From an uncultured delta proteobacterium (lineage in GTDB: Bacteria > Myxococcota > UBA727 > VGSZ01), in the NCBI GenBank assembly GCA_963775425.1, contig CAVZJB010000010.1:31361-95360 (forward strand): a stretch of 64,000 bases of DNA. The letters are read 5' to 3'. The notes under the pieces are model-generated. The model made no database searches. It was not told where the DNA came from and worked only from the letters and a program-made list of their open reading frames with translations. The first letter of the stretch is position 1; every line of letters begins with the position of its first letter. The translations under genes were made by a program, and so were the position numbers. Of this stretch, positions 27,607-37,583 are shown piece by piece.

Positions 27607-28374
27607 TCACAGCCGGACGAGCGCCAGCGAGCCCGCCGACGGATCTCGGCGGAGGGGGATCTCCGCCTTCTTGAGGAAGTCGTCGGTGGCCTTTCGGCAA
27701 CCGGACCAGTCGAAGTAGTCGTCGAGGACGATGGCGCCGCCCGGCGACAGGCGCGGGGCGATGCGCTCGAGGCAGGTCATCACGGGGTCGTACCAGTCGA
27801 CGTCGATGTGGGCGAGGCTGACGGGCTCGTCGACGACGAGCGTGTCCTGCACGAGGCCCGCGTGCATCTCGATGCCGTGGGCCTCCGGCGGCGCGAAGCC
27901 GTAGCGCTCGAAGCTCCTGCGCACGCGCTGGAAGAGGTCCGTCTCGTAGCCGTAGTAGCGCTGGCCCTTGAGGCCGCGCGACTTGCCCGACGCGATGACC
28001 TGGTACCGGTCATGGACGTCTTGATCGTCCTTGGCGCCGGGCGGCGGGATCATGCCGAACACGTCGTAGACGCGCAGCGGGCGGCTCCGCGCCTTGGCGG
28101 ACGCGAGCAGGATGGCGGAGCCGCCGAGGGCGCACCCCGCTTCGATGACGACGCCCGGTATGGACTCTTCCTCGACGCGGCGCAGCGCGTGGCCGAGCTT
28201 GTCGAGCTTGGCGGACGACAGGTACGTGAGGCCGTCGGCGCGAACGCGGCGGGCGACGCCGGCGAGATCGGGAGGGAGCGTGCTCTTGTAGAACAGCTCG
28301 TTGATGCGGCCGACGATGCGCCTCGCGCGGATGACGCGACGTCGGACGCGGGCGCGCACGCCGAAGGACAGCAT
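27607..28374 (-). CDS. TylF/MycF/NovP-family O-methyltransferase
   Basis: IEAGCALGGS, YDVF, AHIDVDWY and GGAIVLDDY. Confidence 0.88.
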   Translation of the reverse strand: MLSFGVRARVRRRVIRARRIVGRINELFYKSTLPPDLAGVARRVRADGLTYLSSAKLDKLGHALRRVEEESIPGVVIEAGCALGGSAILLASAKARSRPLRVYDVFGMIPPPGAKDDQDVHDRYQVIASGKSRGLKGQRYYGYETDLFQRVRRSFERYGFAPPEAHGIEMHAGLVQDTLVVDEPVSLAHIDVDWYDPVMTCLERIAPRLSPGGAIVLDDYFDWSGCRKATDDFLKKAEIPLRRDPSAGSLALVRL

Positions 28375-28378
28375 GGCG

Positions 28379-29392
28379 TCAGACGAGCCCGCGGCGCTTG
28401 AGCCAGGCCCAGGAGCCGCCGCCGCCGAGGAAGGAGAAGGACAGGCTGACGACGCGGTCGATGGTGACCGCCGCGAGGACCTGGGCGTAGTTGAGCCCGG
28501 CGGCGACGCCGATGGCGGTGCCGACGAGCTCGCGGACGCCGAGGCCGCCGGGCGTGAGGTTGACGGGCGCCGTGACGAGGATGGCCGCCGCGAGCAACAG
28601 GGCCTCGAGGAGGTGCACGGGCATGGACAGCGCGTGGAAGCACACGGTGAAGCGCAGCCCGAGGAGGATGGGCGTGGACATCGACGTGGCCACGAGCACG
28701 AGCAGGGCCCGCTTGTTCGCCTTGATGTCGTTCCAGCCGCTGACGAGGTCGTGGACGCGCCGCGCGAAGAAGCTCTGACCGAGGGGCACGCGCTGCAGCG
28801 GGAGCACCATGAAGACGACGGCGGCGGCGACGACGACGGCGAACGCGACGACCGCGGTGGTGCGCACCTGTCCGGCCACCGCCGGGACGAGCGGCAACAG
28901 CAGCAGGCCGAGCACGCCGCCGGTGCCCACGGCGAGCACCACCAAGGAGGTCATGACGGCGACGTAGCGCGTGTACGAGAGCGCGCGGTGCCTCTTGAGC
29001 ACGCGCGCGCGGAGCAGCGTGCCGGCCTGCATCGGCAGGTAGTTGAGCAGCGTGGCCGCCTGCGTCAGCGCCATGGACTCGGTGAAGCCGACGCGCACCC
29101 CGAGGCTCCTCGTCACGGTGCTCAGCTCGATGCCACGGATGGGCGCAGCCGCCGCGCACAACGCCAACATCAGGCTCACGTCGAGCAGGTCGAGGTCGAT
29201 GACCTGCGCGAGCTCGCCGCGGCGCCGATAGAGCGCCCAGCCGATGCCGACCACGAGCAGGAGCTCCACCAGGACCGTGAGCGCGCGCTTCCACGCGGCA
29301 CGCGGGCGCGCGTTGCTCCCCGAGGGCGCGGCAGCGCTGCCGGGGTTCGCGCCCGCGCTCTCCGCCTCCGACGGTGCCTCCGGCCCGCTCAT
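28379..29392 (-). CDS. Lysylphosphatidylglycerol synthase TM / flippase-like protein
   Basis: NYLPMQAG..R and TPGGLGVRE motifs; multi-TM. Confidence 0.82.
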   Translation of the reverse strand: MSGPEAPSEAESAGANPGSAAAPSGSNARPRAAWKRALTVLVELLLVVGIGWALYRRRGELAQVIDLDLLDVSLMLALCAAAAPIRGIELSTVTRSLGVRVGFTESMALTQAATLLNYLPMQAGTLLRARVLKRHRALSYTRYVAVMTSLVVLAVGTGGVLGLLLLPLVPAVAGQVRTTAVVAFAVVVAAAVVFMVLPLQRVPLGQSFFARRVHDLVSGWNDIKANKRALLVLVATSMSTPILLGLRFTVCFHALSMPVHLLEALLLAAAILVTAPVNLTPGGLGVRELVGTAIGVAAGLNYAQVLAAVTIDRVVSLSFSFLGGGGSWAWLKRRGLV

Positions 29393-29490
29393 GGACCGTC
29401 GATGGCAGAGCGTGGCGAGGAGGACAACTGCGGGCCGCCGGCGGCGCCGTTGTCGTTGACGGCCCAGCAGGCCGCTGGGAGGCTGGGCGC

Positions 29491-31233
29491 GTGACGGCGC
29501 GCGCCAACGCCCCCGTTCCTGTCATCGTCCCCGCGACGGTGGGCCTCGCGGCCGTCGTGGCCCTGGTCGCCCGCGCCCGGCTCGCCGCCACGCTCAACGG
29601 GCACTGGGACGAATACAACTTCCTGCGCTTCGTCTACGAGGCCGCGCGTGGCGAGCTGAGCACGCGGCTGCAGACGTTCCACGTGCACCTCTTCGGGTGG
29701 CTCACCCACGTGCGCGGCACCGAGCTCGATCGAATCCTGGCCGCGCGCCACGCCGTCTTCGCCCTGCAGCTCGCCGGCGCGGCGGCGCTCGTGTGGCTCG
29801 GCCGCCGCCTGTTGTCGACGACGGCGGGCCTGTATGCGGTGCTCCTCACGTCGAGCTTCTCGTTCGTCCTGCGGCACGGGACCGAGTTTCGCTACGACGG
29901 CATCCTCTCGCCCCTCTTTCTCGTCGCGAGCGCGCTGATCATCGAAGCGGCGACCGGAGCGAGCGGCCGCGCGGGATCTCGCGTGCGCTTGCTTCTGGCC
30001 GGCGCGCTCACGGGCCTCTCGCTGCTCGTCTCCGTCAAGGCGGCGTTCTTCCTTCCGACGCTTGGGCTGCTCGCCGTCCTCCACCCGGCGGCGGACGAGC
30101 CGCCTCGCCTCGACCTCGCGCGCCAAAGCCCGTTGCGCTCGCTGCTCGTGTTCGCGGCCGGCCTCGTCGTCGTCGCGGGCGCCCTGTATGCGTTCCACGC
30201 CGCGTCGCTGGCGCCAGCGCCGGTGGACCGCGAGGCGTGGGTGGACCGCATGGCGACGACGATGATCGTCCCGCGCGGTCACTTCTTCCCACGCTGGAGG
30301 GCCACCATCCCGTCCTTCCGCTTCGACGTCGCGGCGTGGTCGTTGTTGGCCATCGGCTTCGTCGTCGTCGTCGCGCGCGCCGTGATGGAGCGCGGCGTCG
30401 AACGAAGGCGCGCCCTCAGCGTGCTGGCGCTCGCGCTGCCCATCTTCACCGTGCTCGTGTACCGAAACGCGTGGCCCTACTTCTGGGTCACCATCCTGCC
30501 CGGCGCCTCGCTCCTCGCCGGGGCCGTCGTGGACGTCGTCACCCGGCGGCTCGAGGGACGGCGCGTCGCGCTCGCCCTCGCCGTCGCCGCGCTGGTGGCG
30601 CCGCTTCTGTGGAACCTCGAGCGCTTCGTGGCGAGCAACGGCGACGACGAAAACGAGGCCCAGCGCTCCGTGCTCGCCGCCGTCCACGAGGTGTTCCCCA
30701 CGCCTGTGCGCTACGTGGATCGCTGCGGCATGGTCTCGTCGTTCCCGAAGGTGGGCCCGTTCATGAGCACGCTGTCGGTGGCGCGGTACCGCAAGGCGAA
30801 GGTGTTCCAGGAGCTGCTCGACGAGACGCCGCCGGTGTTCGTCCTCGCCAACATCCGCGCGCTGGACCTGTCGCGCTCGGCGCACATGAAGAACCGCTAT
30901 CACCTCGACCCCGACGACTTCCTGGCGCTGCGGGCGCGCTACGTCCATCACTGGGGGCCTCTGTGGGTCGCCGGCGCCCACGTCGACGCCGGCGCCGTCG
31001 GCCCCGTCGAGATCGCGCTGCCGATCACGGGCGCGTACACCGTGGAGGCCCAGGCGCCCGTCACCGTCGACGGCGCCCCTCACACCCCCGGCGACGTCGT
31101 CACCCTGGCGGCGGGGGCGCACACGCTCGAGGCCACCGGCGGCGCCGTCACGCTGCGCTTCGGCGATCACCTGCGCGTCCCGGCCGCCGCGCCCAGCAGG
31201 GCGCCGCTGTTTCGCAGCGGCTTCTCGCGCTGA
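29491..31233 (+). CDS. Multi-TM GT-C-like membrane protein
   Basis: WDE after TM1; EFRYD; many TM helices; GTG start with GGAGG. Confidence 0.68.
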   Translation: MTARANAPVPVIVPATVGLAAVVALVARARLAATLNGHWDEYNFLRFVYEAARGELSTRLQTFHVHLFGWLTHVRGTELDRILAARHAVFALQLAGAAALVWLGRRLLSTTAGLYAVLLTSSFSFVLRHGTEFRYDGILSPLFLVASALIIEAATGASGRAGSRVRLLLAGALTGLSLLVSVKAAFFLPTLGLLAVLHPAADEPPRLDLARQSPLRSLLVFAAGLVVVAGALYAFHAASLAPAPVDREAWVDRMATTMIVPRGHFFPRWRATIPSFRFDVAAWSLLAIGFVVVVARAVMERGVERRRALSVLALALPIFTVLVYRNAWPYFWVTILPGASLLAGAVVDVVTRRLEGRRVALALAVAALVAPLLWNLERFVASNGDDENEAQRSVLAAVHEVFPTPVRYVDRCGMVSSFPKVGPFMSTLSVARYRKAKVFQELLDETPPVFVLANIRALDLSRSAHMKNRYHLDPDDFLALRARYVHHWGPLWVAGAHVDAGAVGPVEIALPITGAYTVEAQAPVTVDGAPHTPGDVVTLAAGAHTLEATGGAVTLRFGDHLRVPAAAPSRAPLFRSGFSR

Positions 31234-31296
31234 TGCATTCGCGCGTTGACCTCTACGCCGGTTGATTGTTTGATCGCGGCGATTGCGGGGGACTCC

Positions 31297-32283
31297 ATGA
31301 GGATCGCAATGTCGTGCGCGCTCGCCTGCACCGTCATCGCGTCGGCGTGCATTCAATCGTCCGGGTTCGAGCCGCCGCCGCCGGCGGAGAACGTCATTGC
31401 CGTGGACGGCGGCGGGCCCCAGGACTTCGACTTCACGTCGGCGACCGTCAAGCCCGACGGCAGCGAGTACGTCGACGGCCGGCGGGTGCTCCTGCAGGCG
31501 GGCCTCGGGCAGCTCGTCATCGTCATTCAGGTGGGCTCGCTCGACGCCGCGGCCCAGGCCGTCGAGCCCTTCGGCGCCGCCAGCGTGCTCGCCACCGACG
31601 GCCCGGACGCGGCCACGTCGTACGTCGGCGTCAGCGGCACGCTCACGGTGCACGCCGATGACGCGGCCCCCGGCTCGCGCATCTCGGTGGATCTGACCGA
31701 CGTCACGCTGCAGCAGGCCTGCGACGGCAGCACCCGGGTGATCGCGCACGCCAACATCACCGCCAAGGCCGTCGTGGAGACCCTGCCCGACGGCCTGGTC
31801 GGCGTCGGCGGCTTCTTCCGCGCCGACGAGGTCGCCGGCGGTTTCTACGATCCGTTCCCCTACATCGGCCTCGCCCACACCACCGTCGTCAACAACGCGC
31901 AGGGCGTCCCGCTGTACGACGCGGGGACCGACGAGGCGTGCATCGCGTTGAACCCGCGGCCGAGCTTCCACGACTTCGCGATCGCCGTGGACCCCGGCGA
32001 GGTGCCCGCGGGCGGCGGCGACATCAACCTCGCGAACGCGCCGCACACCCGCGTGCTCGTGAGCGAGGTCTCGCCCACCGGCGCCACCGTCCACTTCGCC
32101 CGCGCCGTGCAGGGCACCCTCCACGTCGACGGCGACGTCACGCTCGACGACGGCGCCGTCATGACCGCCACGCTTAGCGACCTGAGCTTCCGCTACGAGG
32201 CCGGCAACACCTTCACGAACGACCCGCCGCTCACCGTCGCCGCCGCGACCCTCAAGGCCATCCTCGGCAAGCCCGCCCCATGA
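31297..32283 (+). CDS. Putative lipoprotein with two similar beta-rich domains
   Basis: IASAC lipobox; repeated GTLxV...LxDV/L pattern. Confidence 0.65.
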   Translation: MRIAMSCALACTVIASACIQSSGFEPPPPAENVIAVDGGGPQDFDFTSATVKPDGSEYVDGRRVLLQAGLGQLVIVIQVGSLDAAAQAVEPFGAASVLATDGPDAATSYVGVSGTLTVHADDAAPGSRISVDLTDVTLQQACDGSTRVIAHANITAKAVVETLPDGLVGVGGFFRADEVAGGFYDPFPYIGLAHTTVVNNAQGVPLYDAGTDEACIALNPRPSFHDFAIAVDPGEVPAGGGDINLANAPHTRVLVSEVSPTGATVHFARAVQGTLHVDGDVTLDDGAVMTATLSDLSFRYEAGNTFTNDPPLTVAAATLKAILGKPAP

Positions 32284-33494
32284 GCGCGCTGGTCCCGCTC
32301 CTGCTCGCCCTGGCCGTCGCCGCCCCCGCCCCCGCGCCGCCCGCCGGCGACGCCGGCAACGCCAAGCGCATCGCCGTCGCCGCCTTTCGCGCCGAGGGAG
32401 GCGCGTCCCAGGAGCTCGCGGGCAGCGTCGCCGACGTGCTCGCCGTGGAGCTCGAGAAGTTCCAGGGCGTCGAGCTGCTCACCCGCAACGACGTGCGCGC
32501 GGTGCTCTCGCGCGAAGCGGAGAACCAGCTCCTCGGCTGCGACGATCCGCGCTGCTACGTCGACGTCACGCGCCTGCTCCCCACGCGCCGCCTGCTCACG
32601 GGCACGGTGAACAAGATCGGCAGCGCGCTCGTGGTGGAGGCGGCGCTGGTGGACCTCGTCGACGTTCGCGTCACCGCCCGTGCGTCCGCCACCGTCGCCG
32701 GCGGCGCGGACGAGGTCGCCGCGGCGCTCGAGAGCGTCGCGGTCGGCCTCATGAACGGCGATCCCACGCTCCTGCCCGCCAACGCCTCGGTGAAGGGCGA
32801 GGTGAGCGCGGAGATGCTCGATCGGGTGCGCCTGGCGGAGCGTCCCCGAGGCACCACCTTCACCGCGTTCGGCGGCGCCGTGTATTCGACCACCTTCGCG
32901 CTCGGTAAGCCCTCGGACCCCGCCTATCCCGGTGGGCTCGGCAAGCTCTCCGTCGGCGTGCCGGTCTTGCCGTGGTTGTCCGCCGTCGCGTTCGTCGACG
33001 GGGGCTACTACACTGGCAGCTTCGTCAACCTCGCCACCATCCAGTTCCTCGACGGCAGCGACATCACGAGCAGCAACGGCTCGTTCGTCGCCGACTACGG
33101 CATCGGGCTCGCCGAGGCCGGGGCGGGCGTGAAGCTGCAGCCCCGCACCGGCGTCGCGCGCCCATACCTCAGCGCGGCGCTCGCCGGCGGCGTGCTGTCG
33201 CTCGACGCCTCCGACCTCGTCTATCACCCCGACAAGGGGGAGCCCGACCTGCCGGCGAGCCTGGGCGCGCCCGTGCCCTTTCGCAAGTCGATCGCGGCGG
33301 GCGGCGGCCTCGATCTCGCCGCCGGTGTCGACATCTCCGTCCTCGAGCATGTCGCGGTGGCCGTCGAGCTCGGCGCGTACGGCAGGCTCCACGGCCTCGA
33401 GAAGATCTTCCTGCTCGACAACGTCGAGAAACACGAAGCGCTGGCGCCGCTCGCAGGTGCCACGCTGCTCCTCGGCGTCGCGTACGAGATGTAG
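32280..33494 (+). CDS. Exported protein: TolB-N/CsgG-like alpha/beta domain plus probable outer-membrane beta-barrel
   Basis: Signal peptide; IAVAAF...LLGCDDPRC...GTVNKIG; alternating beta-strands ending LGVAYEM. Confidence 0.6.
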   Translation: MSALVPLLLALAVAAPAPAPPAGDAGNAKRIAVAAFRAEGGASQELAGSVADVLAVELEKFQGVELLTRNDVRAVLSREAENQLLGCDDPRCYVDVTRLLPTRRLLTGTVNKIGSALVVEAALVDLVDVRVTARASATVAGGADEVAAALESVAVGLMNGDPTLLPANASVKGEVSAEMLDRVRLAERPRGTTFTAFGGAVYSTTFALGKPSDPAYPGGLGKLSVGVPVLPWLSAVAFVDGGYYTGSFVNLATIQFLDGSDITSSNGSFVADYGIGLAEAGAGVKLQPRTGVARPYLSAALAGGVLSLDASDLVYHPDKGEPDLPASLGAPVPFRKSIAAGGGLDLAAGVDISVLEHVAVAVELGAYGRLHGLEKIFLLDNVEKHEALAPLAGATLLLGVAYEM

Positions 33495-34421
33495 CTACGG
33501 GCCGGTCTTCGGCGGCGACACCAGCGTCGGCTCACCGATGCGCAGCTCGAGCCCCTCGCGCGCGCCGAACACCACCAGGTCGCGGCGGCCCTTGAGCGCG
33601 CGCTCCTTGCAGAACGCGATCTTGCGGTCGACGTCGGCGTCGGAGTGCATCGGGTCGTGGTGGAAGATGGCGAGCTGTTTGACGTCGCCCTGCAGCGCGA
33701 GGTCCACCACCGTGCTCGCGCGCGGGTGACCCCAGCCGATCTTGCCGGTGTACTCCTCGTCGAAGTACTGCCCGTCCGCGACGAGCAGGTCGGCGCCGCG
33801 CACGAACTCCAGGAGCGCCGCGGGGATCTTCCGCGGCGCGTCGAGGTCGGCGATCACGTGCGCCTCGTCGTGCATGGCGAGGTCGATCTCGTTGTCGGTG
33901 GCGAACACCACCTTCACGCCGTCCTTCTCGAAGGAGTACGCCCAGCTCCGCCCCGGGTGCTCCTGCTCGAAGATCCTCACGCGCACGCCGTCGATGAGGC
34001 GGCGGCCGGCGTCGATGTGGGACGCGACGATGTTGGCCTTGAGCTCCGCGAAGTCGACGGGGAAGTACTCCACCGATCGCATCTGCCCGCTCAGCAGCTC
34101 GTAGGTGCGGCGGTCGCCCTCGGCGGTGCCGTAGACGTGGAAGGTGTTCTTGGAGAGGTACGCCGGCGTGAAGAAGGGGAAGCCCTGGATGTGGTCCCAG
34201 TGCGTGTGACTGAAGAAGAGGTGGCCGGTGATGGCGTCGGGCGAGCGCCGCAGCAGATCGATGCCGAGCTCGCGCAGGCCGCTGCCGCCGTCGCAGATAA
34301 AGAGGCTGCCGTCGACGCGGATCTCGACGCAGGAGGTGTTGCCCCCGTACTTCTTGGAGGCGTTGCCCGGCGTCGGGATGGACCCGCGCGTGCCCCAGAA
34401 CCGAACGAAGAACACCGCCAT
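33495..34421 (-). CDS. MBL-fold metallo-hydrolase
   Basis: FWGTRGSIP, GGNTSC, HTHWDHIQG and FHHDP. Confidence 0.92.
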   Translation of the reverse strand: MAVFFVRFWGTRGSIPTPGNASKKYGGNTSCVEIRVDGSLFICDGGSGLRELGIDLLRRSPDAITGHLFFSHTHWDHIQGFPFFTPAYLSKNTFHVYGTAEGDRRTYELLSGQMRSVEYFPVDFAELKANIVASHIDAGRRLIDGVRVRIFEQEHPGRSWAYSFEKDGVKVVFATDNEIDLAMHDEAHVIADLDAPRKIPAALLEFVRGADLLVADGQYFDEEYTGKIGWGHPRASTVVDLALQGDVKQLAIFHHDPMHSDADVDRKIAFCKERALKGRRDLVVFGAREGLELRIGEPTLVSPPKTGP

Positions 34422-34427
34422 GGCCGG

Positions 34428-34832
34428 CTAAGACCCCGTCCCCGAGGAGGCGCCCCGGCCCTCGTGGTAGACAAAGACGACCGTGCCGAGCTGCAGGTTG
34501 TCCCCGTCGTGCAGGAGCGCCGAGTGGACCTTCACGCCGTTCAAGTAGACGCCGTTTCGGCTCTCCAGGTCCACCACCGTCCACGACGCCGCCCCCGCCC
34601 CCGTGCGCCGCAAGGCGATGTGGCGGCGGGACAGATCCGTGGAATTGATGGGGATGTCGGCGTCGATGGCGCGGCCGACCACCACCTCGTCCCGAAACAG
34701 CTCGTAGGTCTTCGGCGCCCCCGGGCCCGTGATCATCTGCAGGCTCGAAGGTTGCTGCTCGAGGGACAACGGCATCAACGAGACGTTGATCGGGTTGGTA
34801 CTCTCGTCTGTCCAGTCGTCGTTCTTCGGCAT
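34428..34832 (-). CDS. FHA domain protein
   Basis: GR...SRRH...DLESRNGVYLNG. Confidence 0.9.
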   Translation of the reverse strand: MPKNDDWTDESTNPINVSLMPLSLEQQPSSLQMITGPGAPKTYELFRDEVVVGRAIDADIPINSTDLSRRHIALRRTGAGAASWTVVDLESRNGVYLNGVKVHSALLHDGDNLQLGTVVFVYHEGRGASSGTGS

Positions 34833-34929
34833 CGAGGCGGGTGATCCGCCGCCAGAATAGCGCGCCGCTCGCCGAACCCCTCATTTTAGGCTCTTTTCGA
34901 GCGATCACGGGGTCTGCTACCCCTGCGGC

Positions 34930-35775
34930 ATGGGGATGGTGGACGACCTGCGCCGCGCGTTGATCTCCCGCGTCGACGCGCGGATCTTGAAGCGAATCGA
35001 CGCTCTGCCGCGCAAGAACCTCAACGAATTCGGCGTCGATCCCTTCGGGTACGACCCCGAAGCCGTCAAGCTCATCGCGCCCTTCCTCATGTTCTTGAAG
35101 GAGCGCTGGTTCCGCTGCGAGGTGCACGGCATCGACAACGTCCCCGGCGACGGCCGCTTCCTCCTCATCGGCAACCACTCCGGCCAGCTCCCCTTCGACG
35201 CCGCCATGGTGGGCACCACGGTGCTCGCCGACGCGCCCCGCCCGCGCCTCGTGCGCTCCATGGTCGAGCGCTGGAGCGCCGAGCTGCCCTTCGTCTCGTC
35301 GCTCTTCGTCCGCTCCGGGCAGGTCGTCGGCGACCCTACAGTGTGCGCACGCCTGCTCGAGGCCGAGGAGGCCGTGATGGTCTTCCCCGAGGGGCAGCGG
35401 GGCATCAACAAGCTCTTCGCCCAGCGCTACCAGCTCGGCAGCTTCGGCACGGGCTTCATGCGGCTCGCGCTCGAGACCAAGTCGCCCATCGTGCCCGTGG
35501 CGGTGATCGGCGCCGAGGAGCAGGCGCCGGCGGTGGCGGACATCAAGCCGCTCGCGCGCCTGCTCGGCTTCCCCGCCGTGCCCATCATCTTCCCGCAGCT
35601 CGTGCCCTTGCCGCTGCCGGTGAAGTACCGCATCTGGTTCGGCGAGCCCATGGAGTTCAAGGGGCACCACGACGACGATGACGACGTCGTCGCGGGCCAC
35701 GTCAAGAAGGTCAAGCACACCATCCAACGCATGATCGCCCACGGCCTCGAGCGGCGCCGCTCGCTGTTCTTCTGA
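34930..35775 (+). CDS. Lysophospholipid acyltransferase family protein
   Basis: NHSGQLPFD and VFPEG motifs. Confidence 0.9.
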   Translation: MGMVDDLRRALISRVDARILKRIDALPRKNLNEFGVDPFGYDPEAVKLIAPFLMFLKERWFRCEVHGIDNVPGDGRFLLIGNHSGQLPFDAAMVGTTVLADAPRPRLVRSMVERWSAELPFVSSLFVRSGQVVGDPTVCARLLEAEEAVMVFPEGQRGINKLFAQRYQLGSFGTGFMRLALETKSPIVPVAVIGAEEQAPAVADIKPLARLLGFPAVPIIFPQLVPLPLPVKYRIWFGEPMEFKGHHDDDDDVVAGHVKKVKHTIQRMIAHGLERRRSLFF

Positions 35776-35776
35776 C

Positions 35777-36724
35777 ATGGCAAACGAACGACGCTCCCCG
35801 ACACGACTGAAGCGCGAGCGCGCGCTCGTCACCAGCGCCGCCGGCGGCCTCGGCCGCCTGGTGTGCCGGCGGCTGCACCGCAGCTTCGACGTCATCGCCG
35901 TCGACACCCAGCCCTTCCCCGACCGGCCGAAGGACGTCGAGCACCACCAGGTCGACCTGCGCCGCAAGGCGGCCACGCAGCTTTTGAAGAAGAAGCGCCC
36001 CGACGTCGTGGTGCACATCGGGGGCATCCACGGTCCGCCGCGGGGAGGGCGGCAGGCGCACCGGCTCGTCGAGGGCACGGTTCAGCTCCTGAAGCTGGTG
36101 GAGCAGACGCGGGTGCGCAAGCTGGTGCTGTTGAGCTCGGCGACGCTCTACGGCCCGTCGTCGACGTCGGCCAGCTTCATGTCCGAGGAGGCCCCGCTGC
36201 TCGGGGCCGGCGCCGTCCCCGACCTCGCCGACGACATCTCCCTCGACATGATGGTGCAGAGCTTCTTCTGGAAGCGGCCGGAGACCGAGACCGTCATCCT
36301 GCGCCCCGTCCACGTCGTGGGGCCGCACCTCGACAACCTCGCCACGCGCTACCTGCGCGCGCACCGGGTGCCCAGGCTCCTCGGCTTCGACCCGATGATC
36401 CAGCTCGTCCACGAGGAGGACGTCGTCGAGGCCATCGAGCGGGCGTTGGCCCCCGGGGTGCGCGGCGTCTTCAACGTCGTGGGGCCGTCGCAGGCGCCGC
36501 TGTCGCGGCTGCTCGCCGCGCGGCACACGTCGTCGGTGCCGCTGCCGGGGCCGCTTCTGCGCGCGGCCCTGGAGCGCGCCACGTCATGGCGCCTGAGCGC
36601 CGTCGACGCCGGCGAGCTCGCGTTTTTGCGCTACTCCTTCCTCGTCGACGGCGAGCGCGCGCACAGCGAGCTCGGCTTCGTGCCCAAGCGCTCGATCAAG
36701 ACCACGCTCGAGGACCTGCAGTAG
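35777..36724 (+). CDS. NAD-dependent epimerase/dehydratase family protein
   Basis: ALVTSAAGGLG, LSSATLYG, QLVHEEDV and GVFNV. Confidence 0.85.
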   Translation: MANERRSPTRLKRERALVTSAAGGLGRLVCRRLHRSFDVIAVDTQPFPDRPKDVEHHQVDLRRKAATQLLKKKRPDVVVHIGGIHGPPRGGRQAHRLVEGTVQLLKLVEQTRVRKLVLLSSATLYGPSSTSASFMSEEAPLLGAGAVPDLADDISLDMMVQSFFWKRPETETVILRPVHVVGPHLDNLATRYLRAHRVPRLLGFDPMIQLVHEEDVVEAIERALAPGVRGVFNVVGPSQAPLSRLLAARHTSSVPLPGPLLRAALERATSWRLSAVDAGELAFLRYSFLVDGERAHSELGFVPKRSIKTTLEDLQ

Positions 36725-36738
36725 TTCGATTCGGAGCC

Positions 36739-37470
36739 CTACGACAACGCCGCGGCGACGACGGCGGGCGCGTCGCTCATGATGCCGTCGGCGCCGAGGG
36801 CGAGGAGCGCGCGGGCGGCGGCGACGTCGTTGATGACCCAGTAGTCGACGGCGACGCCGGCCGCGTGGCACTTGTCGACGAACGCTTGCGTGTCGAAGCG
36901 GAGGCGGCCGATCTGCCGCGGCACCTGGGCGCGGGCGCCGTGCACGAAGAACCGCCCGCTGATCCGCGCGAGCGCGCGCGGGCCGACGGCGAGCGCGGCG
37001 ACCTCGTTCCTGGCCAGGCCGGTGGGGCCGCGATAGCCGAGGCGGCGCACGCGGGAGAGCGCGTCGCCGTGGAAGCTCGCGAGCAGCACGCGGGGGGCGT
37101 CGGCGCCGATGACGTCGACGATGGCCTGCTCCATGCGCGGCTCGCGCTGCTTGATGTCGACGTTCACGGGGACGTCGCGGAAGGCGTCGAGGACCTCGCG
37201 CAGCAGCGGGACGCGCTCGCCGCCGCCGAGGTCGAGCGTGCGCAGCTCGTCGAGCGAGGCGCTCTTGATCTCGAGCGGCGCGCGTCCGGCCGGGCGGAGC
37301 ACCGGGTCGTGCGCGACGACGACGAAGCCGTCGCGGGTGCGGTGTGCGTCGGTCTCGAGGGCGGTGGCGCCGTCGGCGAGCGCGCGCGAAAACGACGCCA
37401 TGGTGTTCTCGGGGAGCCCCGTGGCCGGCGCGCCGCGGTGTCCGAACAGGAGCGGTCGCGCCCAGAGCAC
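36739..37470 (-). CDS. Glycerophosphodiester phosphodiesterase
   Basis: GHRGA, PENT, ETD..TRDG..VVAHD and GADGIMSD. Confidence 0.92.
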   Translation of the reverse strand: MLWARPLLFGHRGAPATGLPENTMASFSRALADGATALETDAHRTRDGFVVVAHDPVLRPAGRAPLEIKSASLDELRTLDLGGGERVPLLREVLDAFRDVPVNVDIKQREPRMEQAIVDVIGADAPRVLLASFHGDALSRVRRLGYRGPTGLARNEVAALAVGPRALARISGRFFVHGARAQVPRQIGRLRFDTQAFVDKCHAAGVAVDYWVINDVAAARALLALGADGIMSDAPAVVAAALS

Positions 37471-37583
37471 GCGGCCGCTTTAACCGACGCGCCGCCCGAG
37501 GTGTACCCCGGAGCGTTCGAGCCGGCGGGGCGCGACGTCGAACGCGGCTCGCGCGAGCGCCTCGCACGGTCTAGCGTGGCGGC

